Of a stretch of DNA of 30,739 nt, positions 1 to 9,068 are shown one piece after another. Position 1 is the stretch's first letter; each line of letters begins with the position of its first letter. Source of the DNA: Candidatus Sericytochromatia bacterium (lineage in GTDB: Bacteria; Cyanobacteriota; Sericytochromatia; S15B-MN24; UBA4093); NCBI GenBank assembly GCA_036676495.1, contig JAKFCT010000063.1:1-30739 (forward strand), written 5' to 3'. The notes under the pieces are model-generated. The model was not told the origin of the DNA. It ran no database searches and worked only from the letters and a program-made list of their open reading frames with translations. A program made the translations under genes and the position numbers.

Positions 1-339
1 GTCAATCCCGGTCCCGATTTCGGCCCCTACGGGTTGCCGAAGGCGGCGACCTTGTTCCTGGTGCGGCAATACGCGCTCGATTACGGCAACGAAGGCATTC
101 GCGCCAATGCCGTCAACGCCGACCGGATTCGCTCCGGGCTGTTGACCGAAGAGATGATCGCGTCGCGTTCGAAACGCCGTGGCGTCAGCGAACAGGATTA
201 TATGCGCGGCAACCTGCTCGGCCGCGAAGTGGCGGCCGAGGATGTGGCGCAGGCCTTCCTGGCGCAGGCGCTGGCGTTGAAGACCACCGCCGACGTCACC
301 ACCGTCGACGGCGGCAACATCGCCGCTGCGCTGCGATGA
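1..339 (+). CDS. C-terminal part of a short-chain dehydrogenase (likely bifunctional aldolase/SDR); starts before the window
   Basis: Frame open from base 1 (VNPGPDFGPYGLPKAA); SDR YxxxK motif, IRANAVN, and C-terminal TVDGG. Confidence 0.85.
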   Translation, partial: VNPGPDFGPYGLPKAATLFLVRQYALDYGNEGIRANAVNADRIRSGLLTEEMIASRSKRRGVSEQDYMRGNLLGREVAAEDVAQAFLAQALALKTTADVTTVDGGNIAAALR

Positions 340-2021
340 CGACCAGTACGGATCCTGCAACGGCCTCGCCGCCTGCACCGATCCCTGGCGTCACAACGGT
401 ACGCAGCGACATCATCGCCGGGCTGGTTTCGTCGACCGTCGCCATTCCCCTGGCCATGGCGTTCGGCATGTTCGCCTTCGTCACGCTGGGCGATGAGTAT
501 TTTGCCTATGGCGCGATGGCGGGCCTGATCTCGGCTGTGATCGCGGGCTTCGTCAGCGTGCTGCTCGGCGACCGCTCGACGCGCGTCTATGCGCCGCGCA
601 TCACCACGACATTCTTTCTCGGCCTGCTGCTGTTTTCGCTGTTGCAACGCGACCCCACGGCAAGCGCGGCACCCAGCGTCTCCGCCACGCTGCTGGTGTT
701 CTTTGCCATCGTCCTGCTCGGCGGCCTGTTTCAGGCGCTGTTCGGAATATTGCGGCTGGGCTCGTTGATAAAATTCGCACCGCATCCTGTCATGGCGGGT
801 TTCCAGAACATGGCCGCGGTGCTGCTGTTTCTGGTGCAGCTAGGCAATGTACTGGGTTACGAGCACAACATTGCCTTTACCCGCGTGTTCGCGGCGATCG
901 GCGAGGTACAGCCGCTCAGTCTGGTGGTCGCCGCATTGACCTTCGCGGCGATGTGGAACGCGCGCCGGATCTCGACCAGCGTGCCGCCGGTGCTGGTCGG
1001 CCTCGGCTGCGGCACGGTCGCCTATTATGCCGTCGTGCTTTGCGGCTTCGGTGACCTGCTGGGCCCTGTGATCGGTCCGCTGACGGCGAGCGCCGCGATG
1101 CGCGCCGTGCTGGTGGACTTCTCCGGGCTGCCGATGGTTGCGCCATTGGCGCAATCGGCGTCGGTGATCCTGTCGGGTGCGCTGGCGCTGGCGGTCATCG
1201 CGTCGATCGACGCGCTGTTGTGCGCCAAGCTGACCAGCCAGCCCGGCGATATCAGCGCCGGCGACGATCGCCTGCTGGTGCGCCTCGGCATCGCCAATGC
1301 GATTTCGGCCGGCTTCGGCGGCATCACCAACGGCATCAATATCGGTCCGAGCCTCGCCAACCGCGCCTTCGGCGGCCGCAGCTGGCTTTCGGTGATCGTC
1401 AATGCCGCCGCAGTGCTGGCGGCGGCGACGCTGCTGTTTCCGGCGCTTGCCTATCTGCCGCGCGCGGTGCTGTCGGCGGTCATCATGGTGGTCGCAATCC
1501 AGCATATCGATCCCTGGACCAAACAATTGGCCGCGCGCCTGATCAAGCCTGGCACGCCGCAGCGCGGCGCCATCGCGCTCGATCTCGGCGTCTCGCTGTT
1601 CGTTTCGCTGCTGTCGATCGCGATCAACGTCGTGCTCGCGGTTTTCATCGGCATCGTGCTGGCGGTATTGCTGTTCGTGGTGCGCATGAGCCGCTCCAAC
1701 ATCAGGAGATTCTATCGCTGCGACACCGTGCGCTCGCGGCGTTACCGCGATCCGGCGGAGCTTGAGGTGCTCCACGTCCAGGGTGCCTCGGTGCTGGTCA
1801 TCGAACTGCAGGGCGCGCTATTCTTCGGCACCGCCGAGCGGCTCGCCCAGATCGTCGACAGCGAGACCGCGAAGGGAACCAAAGCCCTGCTGCTCGAACT
1901 GCGGCGCGTGACCGAAATCGATTCCACCGGCGCCCGCATCCTCGGCGATATCGACGCAGCCCTGGCCGGTGGACTCATCGACCAGGAAATCGCCGACGAG
2001 CTGAAGGCCGCGAAGGCCTGA
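336..2021 (+). CDS. SulP/SLC26 family anion permease, probably C-terminally truncated or chimeric
   Basis: DIIAGL..VAIPLAMAFG signature, many hydrophobic segments, STAS start (LQGALFFGTAE, VTEIDSTG). STAS stops early and ends in an unrelated-looking tail GGLIDQEIADELKAAKA. ATGA overlap with the upstream gene. Confidence 0.85.
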   Translation: MTTSTDPATASPPAPIPGVTTVRSDIIAGLVSSTVAIPLAMAFGMFAFVTLGDEYFAYGAMAGLISAVIAGFVSVLLGDRSTRVYAPRITTTFFLGLLLFSLLQRDPTASAAPSVSATLLVFFAIVLLGGLFQALFGILRLGSLIKFAPHPVMAGFQNMAAVLLFLVQLGNVLGYEHNIAFTRVFAAIGEVQPLSLVVAALTFAAMWNARRISTSVPPVLVGLGCGTVAYYAVVLCGFGDLLGPVIGPLTASAAMRAVLVDFSGLPMVAPLAQSASVILSGALALAVIASIDALLCAKLTSQPGDISAGDDRLLVRLGIANAISAGFGGITNGINIGPSLANRAFGGRSWLSVIVNAAAVLAAATLLFPALAYLPRAVLSAVIMVVAIQHIDPWTKQLAARLIKPGTPQRGAIALDLGVSLFVSLLSIAINVVLAVFIGIVLAVLLFVVRMSRSNIRRFYRCDTVRSRRYRDPAELEVLHVQGASVLVIELQGALFFGTAERLAQIVDSETAKGTKALLLELRRVTEIDSTGARILGDIDAALAGGLIDQEIADELKAAKA

Positions 2022-2125
2022 CCCTGTCCCCGCCCCTCCTTCGGGGACCAATGCGATCACCGGTAGGGGACGCCGGCGATCGCCCCTGAGCGGTGTAGGT
2101 GTGATTGCGCCTCGCCGCTCTTCTT

Positions 2126-2196
2126 GCTCCAAGCCCACGGTGCGGCGCGCGGACTCAACCATCCGCGTGAGCAGGTTCGAATCCTGCCTTGGGGCC
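2126..2196 (+). tRNA. Degenerate tRNA-like element (anticodon position CAA, 8-nt loop)
   Basis: Acceptor GCTCCAAG/CTTGGGGC; perfect T-arm GCAGG-TTCGAAT-CCTGC; anticodon stem CGCGGA/TCCGCG with loop CTCAACCA. D-arm weak, U8 absent, no encoded CCA. Confidence 0.6.
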
Positions 2197-2308
2197 TCAA
2201 CTCACAACCTCTCCCGGGGAAGGCCGCTACCGCCTGGACCGTGAGACGGGGGATTGCGCCGGGGAGTCGGGACAGCGCTATCCCCCCAAGTTTTCAGCGG
2301 AGGAGCCG

Positions 2309-2485
2309 ATGGTCTGCACGCATCGGGGCTCCATCGCCGTATTCATCCCGCTCGACTTCCCGCTCTGCCGGTACTTCATCGCCTGCCCGAGCTGTGGGCC
2401 CTGGGCCGATGGGGAGACGGAGGATCCGTTCGCGCTGGCCACGGAGTGGAGCCTCGAGGAGAGCCAAGAAGGTAGGAAGCGATGA
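2309..2485 (+). CDS. 58-aa Cys-rich Zn-ribbon protein (Lar-like pattern)
   Basis: GGAGGAG SD before ATG 2309; CTH...YFIACPSCG...ATEW pattern. Confidence 0.6.
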   Translation: MVCTHRGSIAVFIPLDFPLCRYFIACPSCGPWADGETEDPFALATEWSLEESQEGRKR

Positions 2486-2571
2486 CGACTCGGACGGATG
2501 GGCGCTGCCCCCAGTGCCTCTCGGTGCTGACGGCGGGCGCGTGCTGGGTGTGCCAAGGGAGGACGATGTGA
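2482..2571 (+). CDS. 29-aa zinc-finger micro-protein MTTRTDGRCPQCLSVLTAGACWVCQGRTM
   Basis: Two CxxC motifs; ATGA overlap with the upstream ORF and GTGA overlap with the downstream methyltransferase; AGGAAG upstream. Confidence 0.6.
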   Translation: MTTRTDGRCPQCLSVLTAGACWVCQGRTM

Positions 2572-3761
2572 CCGAGCTGCAGATTCACCTGATGCCCGTC
2601 GCCGACCTGCAGCCTGCCGGGTACAACCCGCGGCGGATGCCCGACGAGCAGATGCGCCTCCTCATGCGTGGCATCGAGGAGTTCGGCGTCGTCGACCCGG
2701 TCATCGTCAACCAGCGCTCTGGCAACATCGTGGGCGGCCACCAGCGGGTCGAGGCCTGCAAGCGCCTCGGGCGGGGGAGCATCCCCGTGGTCTACGTCGA
2801 CCTGGACGATGCGCGGGAGAAGGCGCTCAACCTGGCGCTCAACAAGATCAGCGGCGAATGGGACGAGGCTCGTCTCCGGGACCTTCTGTCCGAGCTGCGC
2901 GCCGGCGACCTTGACCTCGACCTTACCGGCTTCTCGGGCGTCGAGCTGGACGACTTGATCGGCGCGATGCCGGCAGAGCTCTTCGTGCCCCAGTGCGACC
3001 CGGACGAGGTGCCGGAGTTGCCCGCGGAGCCGGTGACCCAGCGGGGCGACCTGATCCTCTTGGGGCGGCACCGCCTACTCTGCGGGGACTCGACCGACCC
3101 CGCGGTCGTCGCACGCCTGATGGACGGCGCGAAGGCGGACATGATCTTCACGGATCCGCCGTACAACGTGGGCTACAAGGGCAAGACCAAGGATGCCCTG
3201 ACAATTGAGAACGACGCGATGAGCCCCGAGGAGTTCCGGGCCTTCCTGCTCGCCGCCTATCGGCTCATGCTCTCGGTGACCAAGCCGGGCGGGCCCATCT
3301 ACGTCTGCCATGCGGACTCGGAGGGCGAGGCCTTCCGCTGGGCGATGCGCGAGGCCGGCTGGCTCTTCAAGCAGTGCATCGTCTGGGTGAAGCAGGCCTT
3401 CGTGATGGGGCGCCAGGACTACCACTGGCAGCATGAGCCCATCCTCTACGGTTGGGCCCCCGGCGCCGCGCATCCGTGGCACGGCGACCGCAAGCAGTCC
3501 ACCGTCTGGGAGTTCGACCGGCCGTTCCGAAACGACCTCCACCCGACGATGAAGCCCGTCGCCCTGGTGGAGAAGGGGATCCTCAACTCGTCGGAACCCG
3601 GCGCGCTCCTCTACGAGCCTTTCGGCGGAAGCGGCTCCACGCTGATCGCCGCCGAGCAGACTGGAAGGACGTGCAACCTGATGGAGCTCTCGCCGCGCTA
3701 CGCCGACGTCATCGTCAGGCGCTGGGAGGACTTCACTGGGCAGAGGGCCGTCAGACTTTAG
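2568..3761 (+). CDS. ParB-like N-terminal domain fused to an N6-adenine/N4-cytosine DNA methyltransferase
   Basis: YNPR and IVGGHQR (ParB/Srx-like), HRLLCGDS, catalytic DPPY, HPTMKP, SAM-binding FGGSGST. GTG start with GGAGG SD; the longer 2124 start runs through the tRNA-like element. Confidence 0.92.
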   Translation: MTELQIHLMPVADLQPAGYNPRRMPDEQMRLLMRGIEEFGVVDPVIVNQRSGNIVGGHQRVEACKRLGRGSIPVVYVDLDDAREKALNLALNKISGEWDEARLRDLLSELRAGDLDLDLTGFSGVELDDLIGAMPAELFVPQCDPDEVPELPAEPVTQRGDLILLGRHRLLCGDSTDPAVVARLMDGAKADMIFTDPPYNVGYKGKTKDALTIENDAMSPEEFRAFLLAAYRLMLSVTKPGGPIYVCHADSEGEAFRWAMREAGWLFKQCIVWVKQAFVMGRQDYHWQHEPILYGWAPGAAHPWHGDRKQSTVWEFDRPFRNDLHPTMKPVALVEKGILNSSEPGALLYEPFGGSGSTLIAAEQTGRTCNLMELSPRYADVIVRRWEDFTGQRAVRL

Positions 3762-3773
3762 GGGGTGATGGCG

Positions 3774-4334
3774 ATGGCGAAGCCGAAGAAGAAGACAACC
3801 AGGTCGGCGCTCGATATCGCCATGCGGCGCGAGAAGATCGAAGCCCTGACGCTGATGGAGTTCTCGCCGCTCCAGATCTTCAAGCTGATGCCCGACATCG
3901 CGCTCCGGACGATCGAGCGAGACGTCGAGGCGATCAAGCTCCGGTGGAAGTTGGAAGGCGAGGGATTGCCGGCCCGGGATCAGCTTCGCGAGCAGATGGT
4001 CCGCAAGGCCAAGAAGGCGGAAAACAAGGCCTGGCTGATCGAGACTAAGGCAAAATCGGCTTCGGAAAAGATCGGCGCCGTGCGTGCTGCCATCAAGGCC
4101 CAAGAGCGCCAAGCGAAGCTGACTGGATTGGACGTCACCAAGCAGGATGGCGTCAGCATGCAGGCGGTCGATCAATTCCTCGACCAGCTCGGCCTGGAGG
4201 TGGTGGCCGCGGTGCAGGAGGTGATCCCCGATGCAGATACGCGTGCCAAAATTCTCGGAGCTATCGAGGAGCGGTGGGCAACCCTCCAACTCTTGCCTGG
4301 CAAACCCGGCAATTCGGGGTCTGCAGAAGGGTAG
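3774..4334 (+). CDS. Probable terminase small subunit
   Basis: Directly upstream of terL; N-terminal HTH-like segment (LRTIERDV); AGGGGGTG SD. Confidence 0.65.
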   Translation: MAKPKKKTTRSALDIAMRREKIEALTLMEFSPLQIFKLMPDIALRTIERDVEAIKLRWKLEGEGLPARDQLREQMVRKAKKAENKAWLIETKAKSASEKIGAVRAAIKAQERQAKLTGLDVTKQDGVSMQAVDQFLDQLGLEVVAAVQEVIPDADTRAKILGAIEERWATLQLLPGKPGNSGSAEG

Positions 4335-5742
4335 AGAGCGAGCCGAGCGCGACGAAGAGCGTCGACAGCACCAAACCGAGCCTCGAGTTTCGCTGCGGGC
4401 TTTCCTGGAATACGACGGTGGGGGGAATTGGAAGACAGCTCCTCACCTGGAGTTGCTGTGCGAGAAGCTGGAGGCCGTCGAGCGAGGCGAGATCACGCGC
4501 CTCATCATCACCATGCCGCCTCGGCACGGCAAGTCCGAGGTCACGACCAAGAAGTTTCCCGCGTGGTTCCTGGGGCGCAACCCTGAGAAGGAAGTCATCC
4601 TTTCGGCCTACGGCGCCGATCTGGCTGAGGACTTCAGCGCGATCGCGCGTGACACCCTCAAGCAGTGGGGCCCGGAGTTGTGGGGCGTCTTCCTCTCGAA
4701 CGCCAGCTCATCGGTCAAGAAGTGGGGCATCAGCGGTTACCGGGGCGGCCTGTTCGCCGCGGGCGTCGGCGGTGCAATCACGGGCCGCGGCGCGCATCTC
4801 GCCATCATCGACGATCCGATCAAGAACCATGCCGAGGCGCTCTCCGAGACCTACCGGAAGGGCATCAAGGACTGGTACAAGACCACGCTTCGCACGCGCC
4901 TTGCCCCTGGCGGAGCGATCATCGTCATCCAGACGCGCTGGCACGAAGACGATCTCGCGGGCTACCTGCTTTCAGAGGCCATGCAGGATGGCGAGCAGTG
5001 GGAAGTCCTGGACCTGCCGGCAATCGCCGAGGAAAACGATCCTCTGGGCCGTGCGCCCGGAGAAGCTCTCTGGCCGGAGCGATTCCCGGTCGAGGAGCTT
5101 CGAGCCACCCAGAAGACCCTCGGGAGCTTCTGGTGGGCAGCCCTCTACCAGCAGCGCCCGAGTCCAGCCGACGGCGGCATGCTCAAGCGCAAGTGGTGGC
5201 AGTTCTTCAGGCAGGCGCCCGCCGTCTTCGACGAGATCCTCATCTCTTGGGACTTCACCTTCAAGGACACCAAGAAGGCCGACTTCGTCGTCGGTCAGGT
5301 CTGGGGACGCGTGGGGGCCGATAAGTACCTGCTCGACCAGGTGCGCGATCGGATGGACTTCCCGACTACCGTGCAGGCGGTGCGGAACCTCTCGGCTAAG
5401 TGGCCGAAGGCGCGCGCCAAGCTCGTCGAAGACAAGGCCAACGGCCCGGCGGTTATCGCGACCCTCAAGCGCGAGATCTCTGGATTGATTCCCGTCGAGC
5501 CCCAAGGAAGCAAGGAAGCCCGAGCTTCGGCGGTGTCGCCGGACGTCGAGGCCGGCAACGTTTGGCTGCCTCAGGACGCGCCATGGGTGCAGGACTTCAT
5601 TGAGGAGTGCGCGGCATTCCCGAACGGTGCGAACGATGACCAAGTGGACGCCATGAGCCAGGCGCTGCTCCGATTCAACCGACCGCAGGCGAAGACCACG
5701 ACCATCGACCAGCTCAAGGCAATCCAGCAAGGGAGGCGATAG
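4231..5742 (+). CDS. terL: Terminase large subunit
   Basis: Walker A MPPRHGKS, Walker B AIIDDPIK, TRWHEDDL, nuclease motifs SWD, VEDKANG, DDQVDA; GGAGGTGA SD 6 nt before ATG. Confidence 0.97.
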   Translation: MQIRVPKFSELSRSGGQPSNSCLANPAIRGLQKGRERAERDEERRQHQTEPRVSLRAFLEYDGGGNWKTAPHLELLCEKLEAVERGEITRLIITMPPRHGKSEVTTKKFPAWFLGRNPEKEVILSAYGADLAEDFSAIARDTLKQWGPELWGVFLSNASSSVKKWGISGYRGGLFAAGVGGAITGRGAHLAIIDDPIKNHAEALSETYRKGIKDWYKTTLRTRLAPGGAIIVIQTRWHEDDLAGYLLSEAMQDGEQWEVLDLPAIAEENDPLGRAPGEALWPERFPVEELRATQKTLGSFWWAALYQQRPSPADGGMLKRKWWQFFRQAPAVFDEILISWDFTFKDTKKADFVVGQVWGRVGADKYLLDQVRDRMDFPTTVQAVRNLSAKWPKARAKLVEDKANGPAVIATLKREISGLIPVEPQGSKEARASAVSPDVEAGNVWLPQDAPWVQDFIEECAAFPNGANDDQVDAMSQALLRFNRPQAKTTTIDQLKAIQQGRR

Positions 5743-5745
5743 CCA

Positions 5746-7278
5746 ATGGCAGACAAACAGCAGATCAACCGGCTTGCGGCACGGCGCCATCCCGAGTACG
5801 AGGTGAACGCGAGCGAATGGCGCTTCCTGCGGCAGGCCATCGACGGTGGGCCGGGGTACGTCGAGGGCAACCTCTTCCAGCACCCGAAGGAAGATGACAA
5901 GGTCTTTGAGGCGCGCAAGAAGCGGGCGGCAGATCATCATCTGAACCTGACCGCTCAAGTCACCCAGACCTACCTCGGCTATCTCTTCCAGACGCGACCC
6001 ACCCCTGCCCCGGATCTTCCCGACTGGCTCGAACGCTTCATCGCGTCGGGCGACCAGGAAGGCCGGCCGCTCGTTGAGCTCGCCAAGGATACCGCGGCAT
6101 GGAACATGAGCTATGGCATCGTCTGGGTAGGGGTGGACAAGCCGCCCACCCCAAATGATCCGGACGGCGAGCCCGTCGACCTCAGCGAGGCCCAGGAGAT
6201 TGAGCTTCGTCTCGAGCCATACGCCTACCTGGTTCATCCGACGCACGTCCTGGACGGCCGGATCGAGCGCGGGGTGGTGAAGTGGCTGCTCGTCCAGGAA
6301 GACAAGCGCGACGACGCCGATCCGTTTACGTCCAGCGGCCAGACCGTGACCAAGCTCCGGCTATGGACCGAGGAGAGTTGGGCACTGCTCTCTCGGAAAG
6401 AGGGCAAGGATGCGGATTGGCAGATCGAGCACACGGGCGTCAACCCTATCGGACGCGTGCCCTTCGTCCCCTTCCGTTTTGGAACGGGGTCCGGCTTCGC
6501 TTGCCCCGGTCTCGTTGCCGATATCGCACACATCGACCGCGCGATCTTCAACAAGAGCAGCCTCTTGGACGAGATACACTACTCGCAGACCTTCGGCCAG
6601 CTCGCCATCCCTTACAAGGGCGACCTCTACGAGGACGATGACACAGGCGGCTTCAAGCTCACATCCGAGGGGCAAGGCGTCCTTACGATGGGGCTTCACA
6701 CCGTCCTACCCTACGCGGCGGAAGCGGGGGCTCCCGGCTACGTTGCCCCTCCGAACGGCCCTGCCGAAGTCTTGGACAAGGCGATCGCAGGAATGGCGCG
6801 CATGTTACTAGGCTTGGCCTTGCTGGATGGCGAGACTGCCACGGAAGAGGGCGGGCAGCGGGCGTCTGGGCTCTCAAAGGCCTATACCTTCGAAAAGCTG
6901 AACCGCAGGCTCGCGGCCATCGCGGATCGACTGGAATCCGGCTTCAGACAGGTCTTTGACCTGGCGGCCCGGTGGCTCCGCAAGGATCTTGAAGAGATTC
7001 CCTGGGATGCGTGGGATTTCCCGGACAGCTTCGAGGTTCGCAGCTTGGCTCAGGACCTCGAGGAGTTCTCCTTCCTGATGGTCGGAAGCCCTCCGAGTCA
7101 CACGGCCTTGGCGCTACTGTGGAAAGCGATACTCCGCAAGGCGCTGCGCAAGGTAGATCCCGAGACCTGGAAGGAAATCGAGGCCGAGATTGACGCCATG
7201 GCGGCGACTGGCTGGCGCAGCCCGTCGGAAGAGGATCTCGACGAAGTGACCGAGGTGGAGAATGGCGGATTGGCATGA
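5746..7278 (+). CDS. Portal protein
   Basis: 510 aa right after terL; HPEY N-terminus, NPIGRVPFV and SGLSKAY motifs typical of portals. Confidence 0.85.
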   Translation: MADKQQINRLAARRHPEYEVNASEWRFLRQAIDGGPGYVEGNLFQHPKEDDKVFEARKKRAADHHLNLTAQVTQTYLGYLFQTRPTPAPDLPDWLERFIASGDQEGRPLVELAKDTAAWNMSYGIVWVGVDKPPTPNDPDGEPVDLSEAQEIELRLEPYAYLVHPTHVLDGRIERGVVKWLLVQEDKRDDADPFTSSGQTVTKLRLWTEESWALLSRKEGKDADWQIEHTGVNPIGRVPFVPFRFGTGSGFACPGLVADIAHIDRAIFNKSSLLDEIHYSQTFGQLAIPYKGDLYEDDDTGGFKLTSEGQGVLTMGLHTVLPYAAEAGAPGYVAPPNGPAEVLDKAIAGMARMLLGLALLDGETATEEGGQRASGLSKAYTFEKLNRRLAAIADRLESGFRQVFDLAARWLRKDLEEIPWDAWDFPDSFEVRSLAQDLEEFSFLMVGSPPSHTALALLWKAILRKALRKVDPETWKEIEAEIDAMAATGWRSPSEEDLDEVTEVENGGLA

Positions 7279-8080
7279 GCGCTTCATCCGGCGCCAGGAC
7301 AAGGTAAAGGACGCAGCGGCGCGCACGCTGACGAGCATCTACAGGCAAGCGGCCCGAGAGCTTCTCGGGTCGCTTTTCCTTGAAGGTGACGCCCCTCTCG
7401 ACGTGGTCCGGAACGGGCGCATCCTGGCCCAAGTGCTTCCGCTCCTCCATCGCCTGGACAGCCGGGCGACGACGGTTCTAAGCACGCTCCTGCTGGACGC
7501 ATACGCGGTGACCAGGCGGGACGTGTTCCGCGTCGCTCTGGTGCGCGCCGGCGACGTGCCACCTCCACCGACGCCTGGGATTCGCGTCTCCTTCGAGACC
7601 ATTCCAGAGGAGCGCGTGCGCGAGACGGCCCGGGCGAGCCTCGAGTACGTCAAGGGGATCGGGGACGACCTGCGGACCAAGATCCGGGCGCAGATCGGCA
7701 TCTCCTACGTCCGTGGCGAGGGCGTGCGCGACCTTGCCATGCGGATTGCTGGAACCGGTCTCACCCCGGAGGGCGGGCACCCGAGCTTCCACACGGCCGA
7801 GGTTCGGGCGAACGTGATCGCCCGGACGGAAACCGCACGGATCCACTCAGTCACCACCGAGGAGGCGATCGCCCAGATCCCAGGCGGTCTGATGGAGTGG
7901 AGCGCACTCCTGGAGGGGACCTGCAAGTTCTGCCGTGACCTCGACGGCCAGCTCGCGAAGCCCGGGGAGCTCTTCGTCGGACGGCGCTACTCCGGCAAGT
8001 GGATGGTGCCTCGGCATCCCCGCTGCCGCTGCGTGATCGTCCCGCACATACCGAAATCCGACGCCACCCGCCCCGCCTAG
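7262..8080 (+). CDS. Minor head/head morphogenesis protein (Mu gpF/SPP1 gp7-like)
   Basis: IARTETAR, CKFC and PRHPRCRC motifs. Confidence 0.9.
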   Translation: MADWHERFIRRQDKVKDAAARTLTSIYRQAARELLGSLFLEGDAPLDVVRNGRILAQVLPLLHRLDSRATTVLSTLLLDAYAVTRRDVFRVALVRAGDVPPPPTPGIRVSFETIPEERVRETARASLEYVKGIGDDLRTKIRAQIGISYVRGEGVRDLAMRIAGTGLTPEGGHPSFHTAEVRANVIARTETARIHSVTTEEAIAQIPGGLMEWSALLEGTCKFCRDLDGQLAKPGELFVGRRYSGKWMVPRHPRCRCVIVPHIPKSDATRPA

Positions 8081-8294
8081 CGCGGGGCGTCCTCTTGAAA
8101 GGGGGGATGCAAATGGACCTGGTCTCCCACGGCTCCCGCGCTCTCGCCTGAAAGGGGGTGATCGGCATCTCGGGCAGGCTAACCCCCTGCCGCCCTACTC
8201 GCGGGTGAATGCGAGGGCATGACGGCCTCACCCGCTGGCCTTGACGCGGGGGAAGACGGTGACGGGCACCTGAACCCGGGAAAGGACAATCACC

Positions 8295-9059
8295 ATGTAT
8301 ACCAATCGTCAGCCTGGAGCACTCTCGCTCGCCATCAACCCCATGCGCCCGATGTTCGGGATGCCTCGCTTCTTCCATGACGCCCCCGGCGACGGCGGCG
8401 GCCCTGGCGGTGGCGGGGGCGGCGACCCGCAGGACCCCAAACCTGGCGCGGAATTCACTCCCGAGCAGCAGGCCAAGCTGCAAGAGCTGATCAACGATGC
8501 CTTCGGCAAGGGCGCGAGCAAGGCCGAGAAGGCGCAAGCCAGCAAGATCCAGCAGCTCGAGGCCGAGCTTGCGAAGCTGAAGACTCCGAAGCCGCAGGAC
8601 AAGCCCCAGGACAAACCCGAGGGCAAGGTCTACACCCAGGCCGAACTCCAGGATCTCTTGAACCAAAAGGACCAGGAGTACAAGCCCAAGCTCACGGCTG
8701 CGGAAGAGCGCGTCGCCAAGCTCCTTGATAAGGAGCGATTGGCGTCGATCATCAGCGCGGCGGCCAAGGCCAACGCCATCGACCCCGATGACGTGGCTCT
8801 GCTGGTCGGGCGCTTCGTAACCCACGACGATGACGGCAAAGTGATTGTCCTGAACGAGCACGGCAATGCCGCTCGCCTCAACTCCAAGGGCGATCCGATG
8901 AGCGTCGAGGAGTTCGTGAAGTCCTTCGTGGACGGCAAGCCCCATCTCAAGCGGGGAGCGAACACTCCCGGCGTCGGCTCGAGCAGTGCCAACACTCAAG
9001 ACCCCAAGATCCCTCTCACCGCCGCCCAGAAGATCGCGGCGGGACTCAAGAAGCAATAA
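8295..9059 (+). CDS. Capsid scaffolding protein
   Basis: Gly-rich N-terminal linker, FTPEQQ, coiled-coil region; lies just before the capsid gene. Confidence 0.8.
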   Translation: MYTNRQPGALSLAINPMRPMFGMPRFFHDAPGDGGGPGGGGGGDPQDPKPGAEFTPEQQAKLQELINDAFGKGASKAEKAQASKIQQLEAELAKLKTPKPQDKPQDKPEGKVYTQAELQDLLNQKDQEYKPKLTAAEERVAKLLDKERLASIISAAAKANAIDPDDVALLVGRFVTHDDDGKVIVLNEHGNAARLNSKGDPMSVEEFVKSFVDGKPHLKRGANTPGVGSSSANTQDPKIPLTAAQKIAAGLKKQ

Positions 9060-9068
9060 GGAGGCACC

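Noticed and set aside
2124-2567. N-terminal extension of the 545-aa methyltransferase ORF
   Set aside because: Low-complexity translation overlapping the tRNA-like element and two better ORFs; good SD at GTG 2568.
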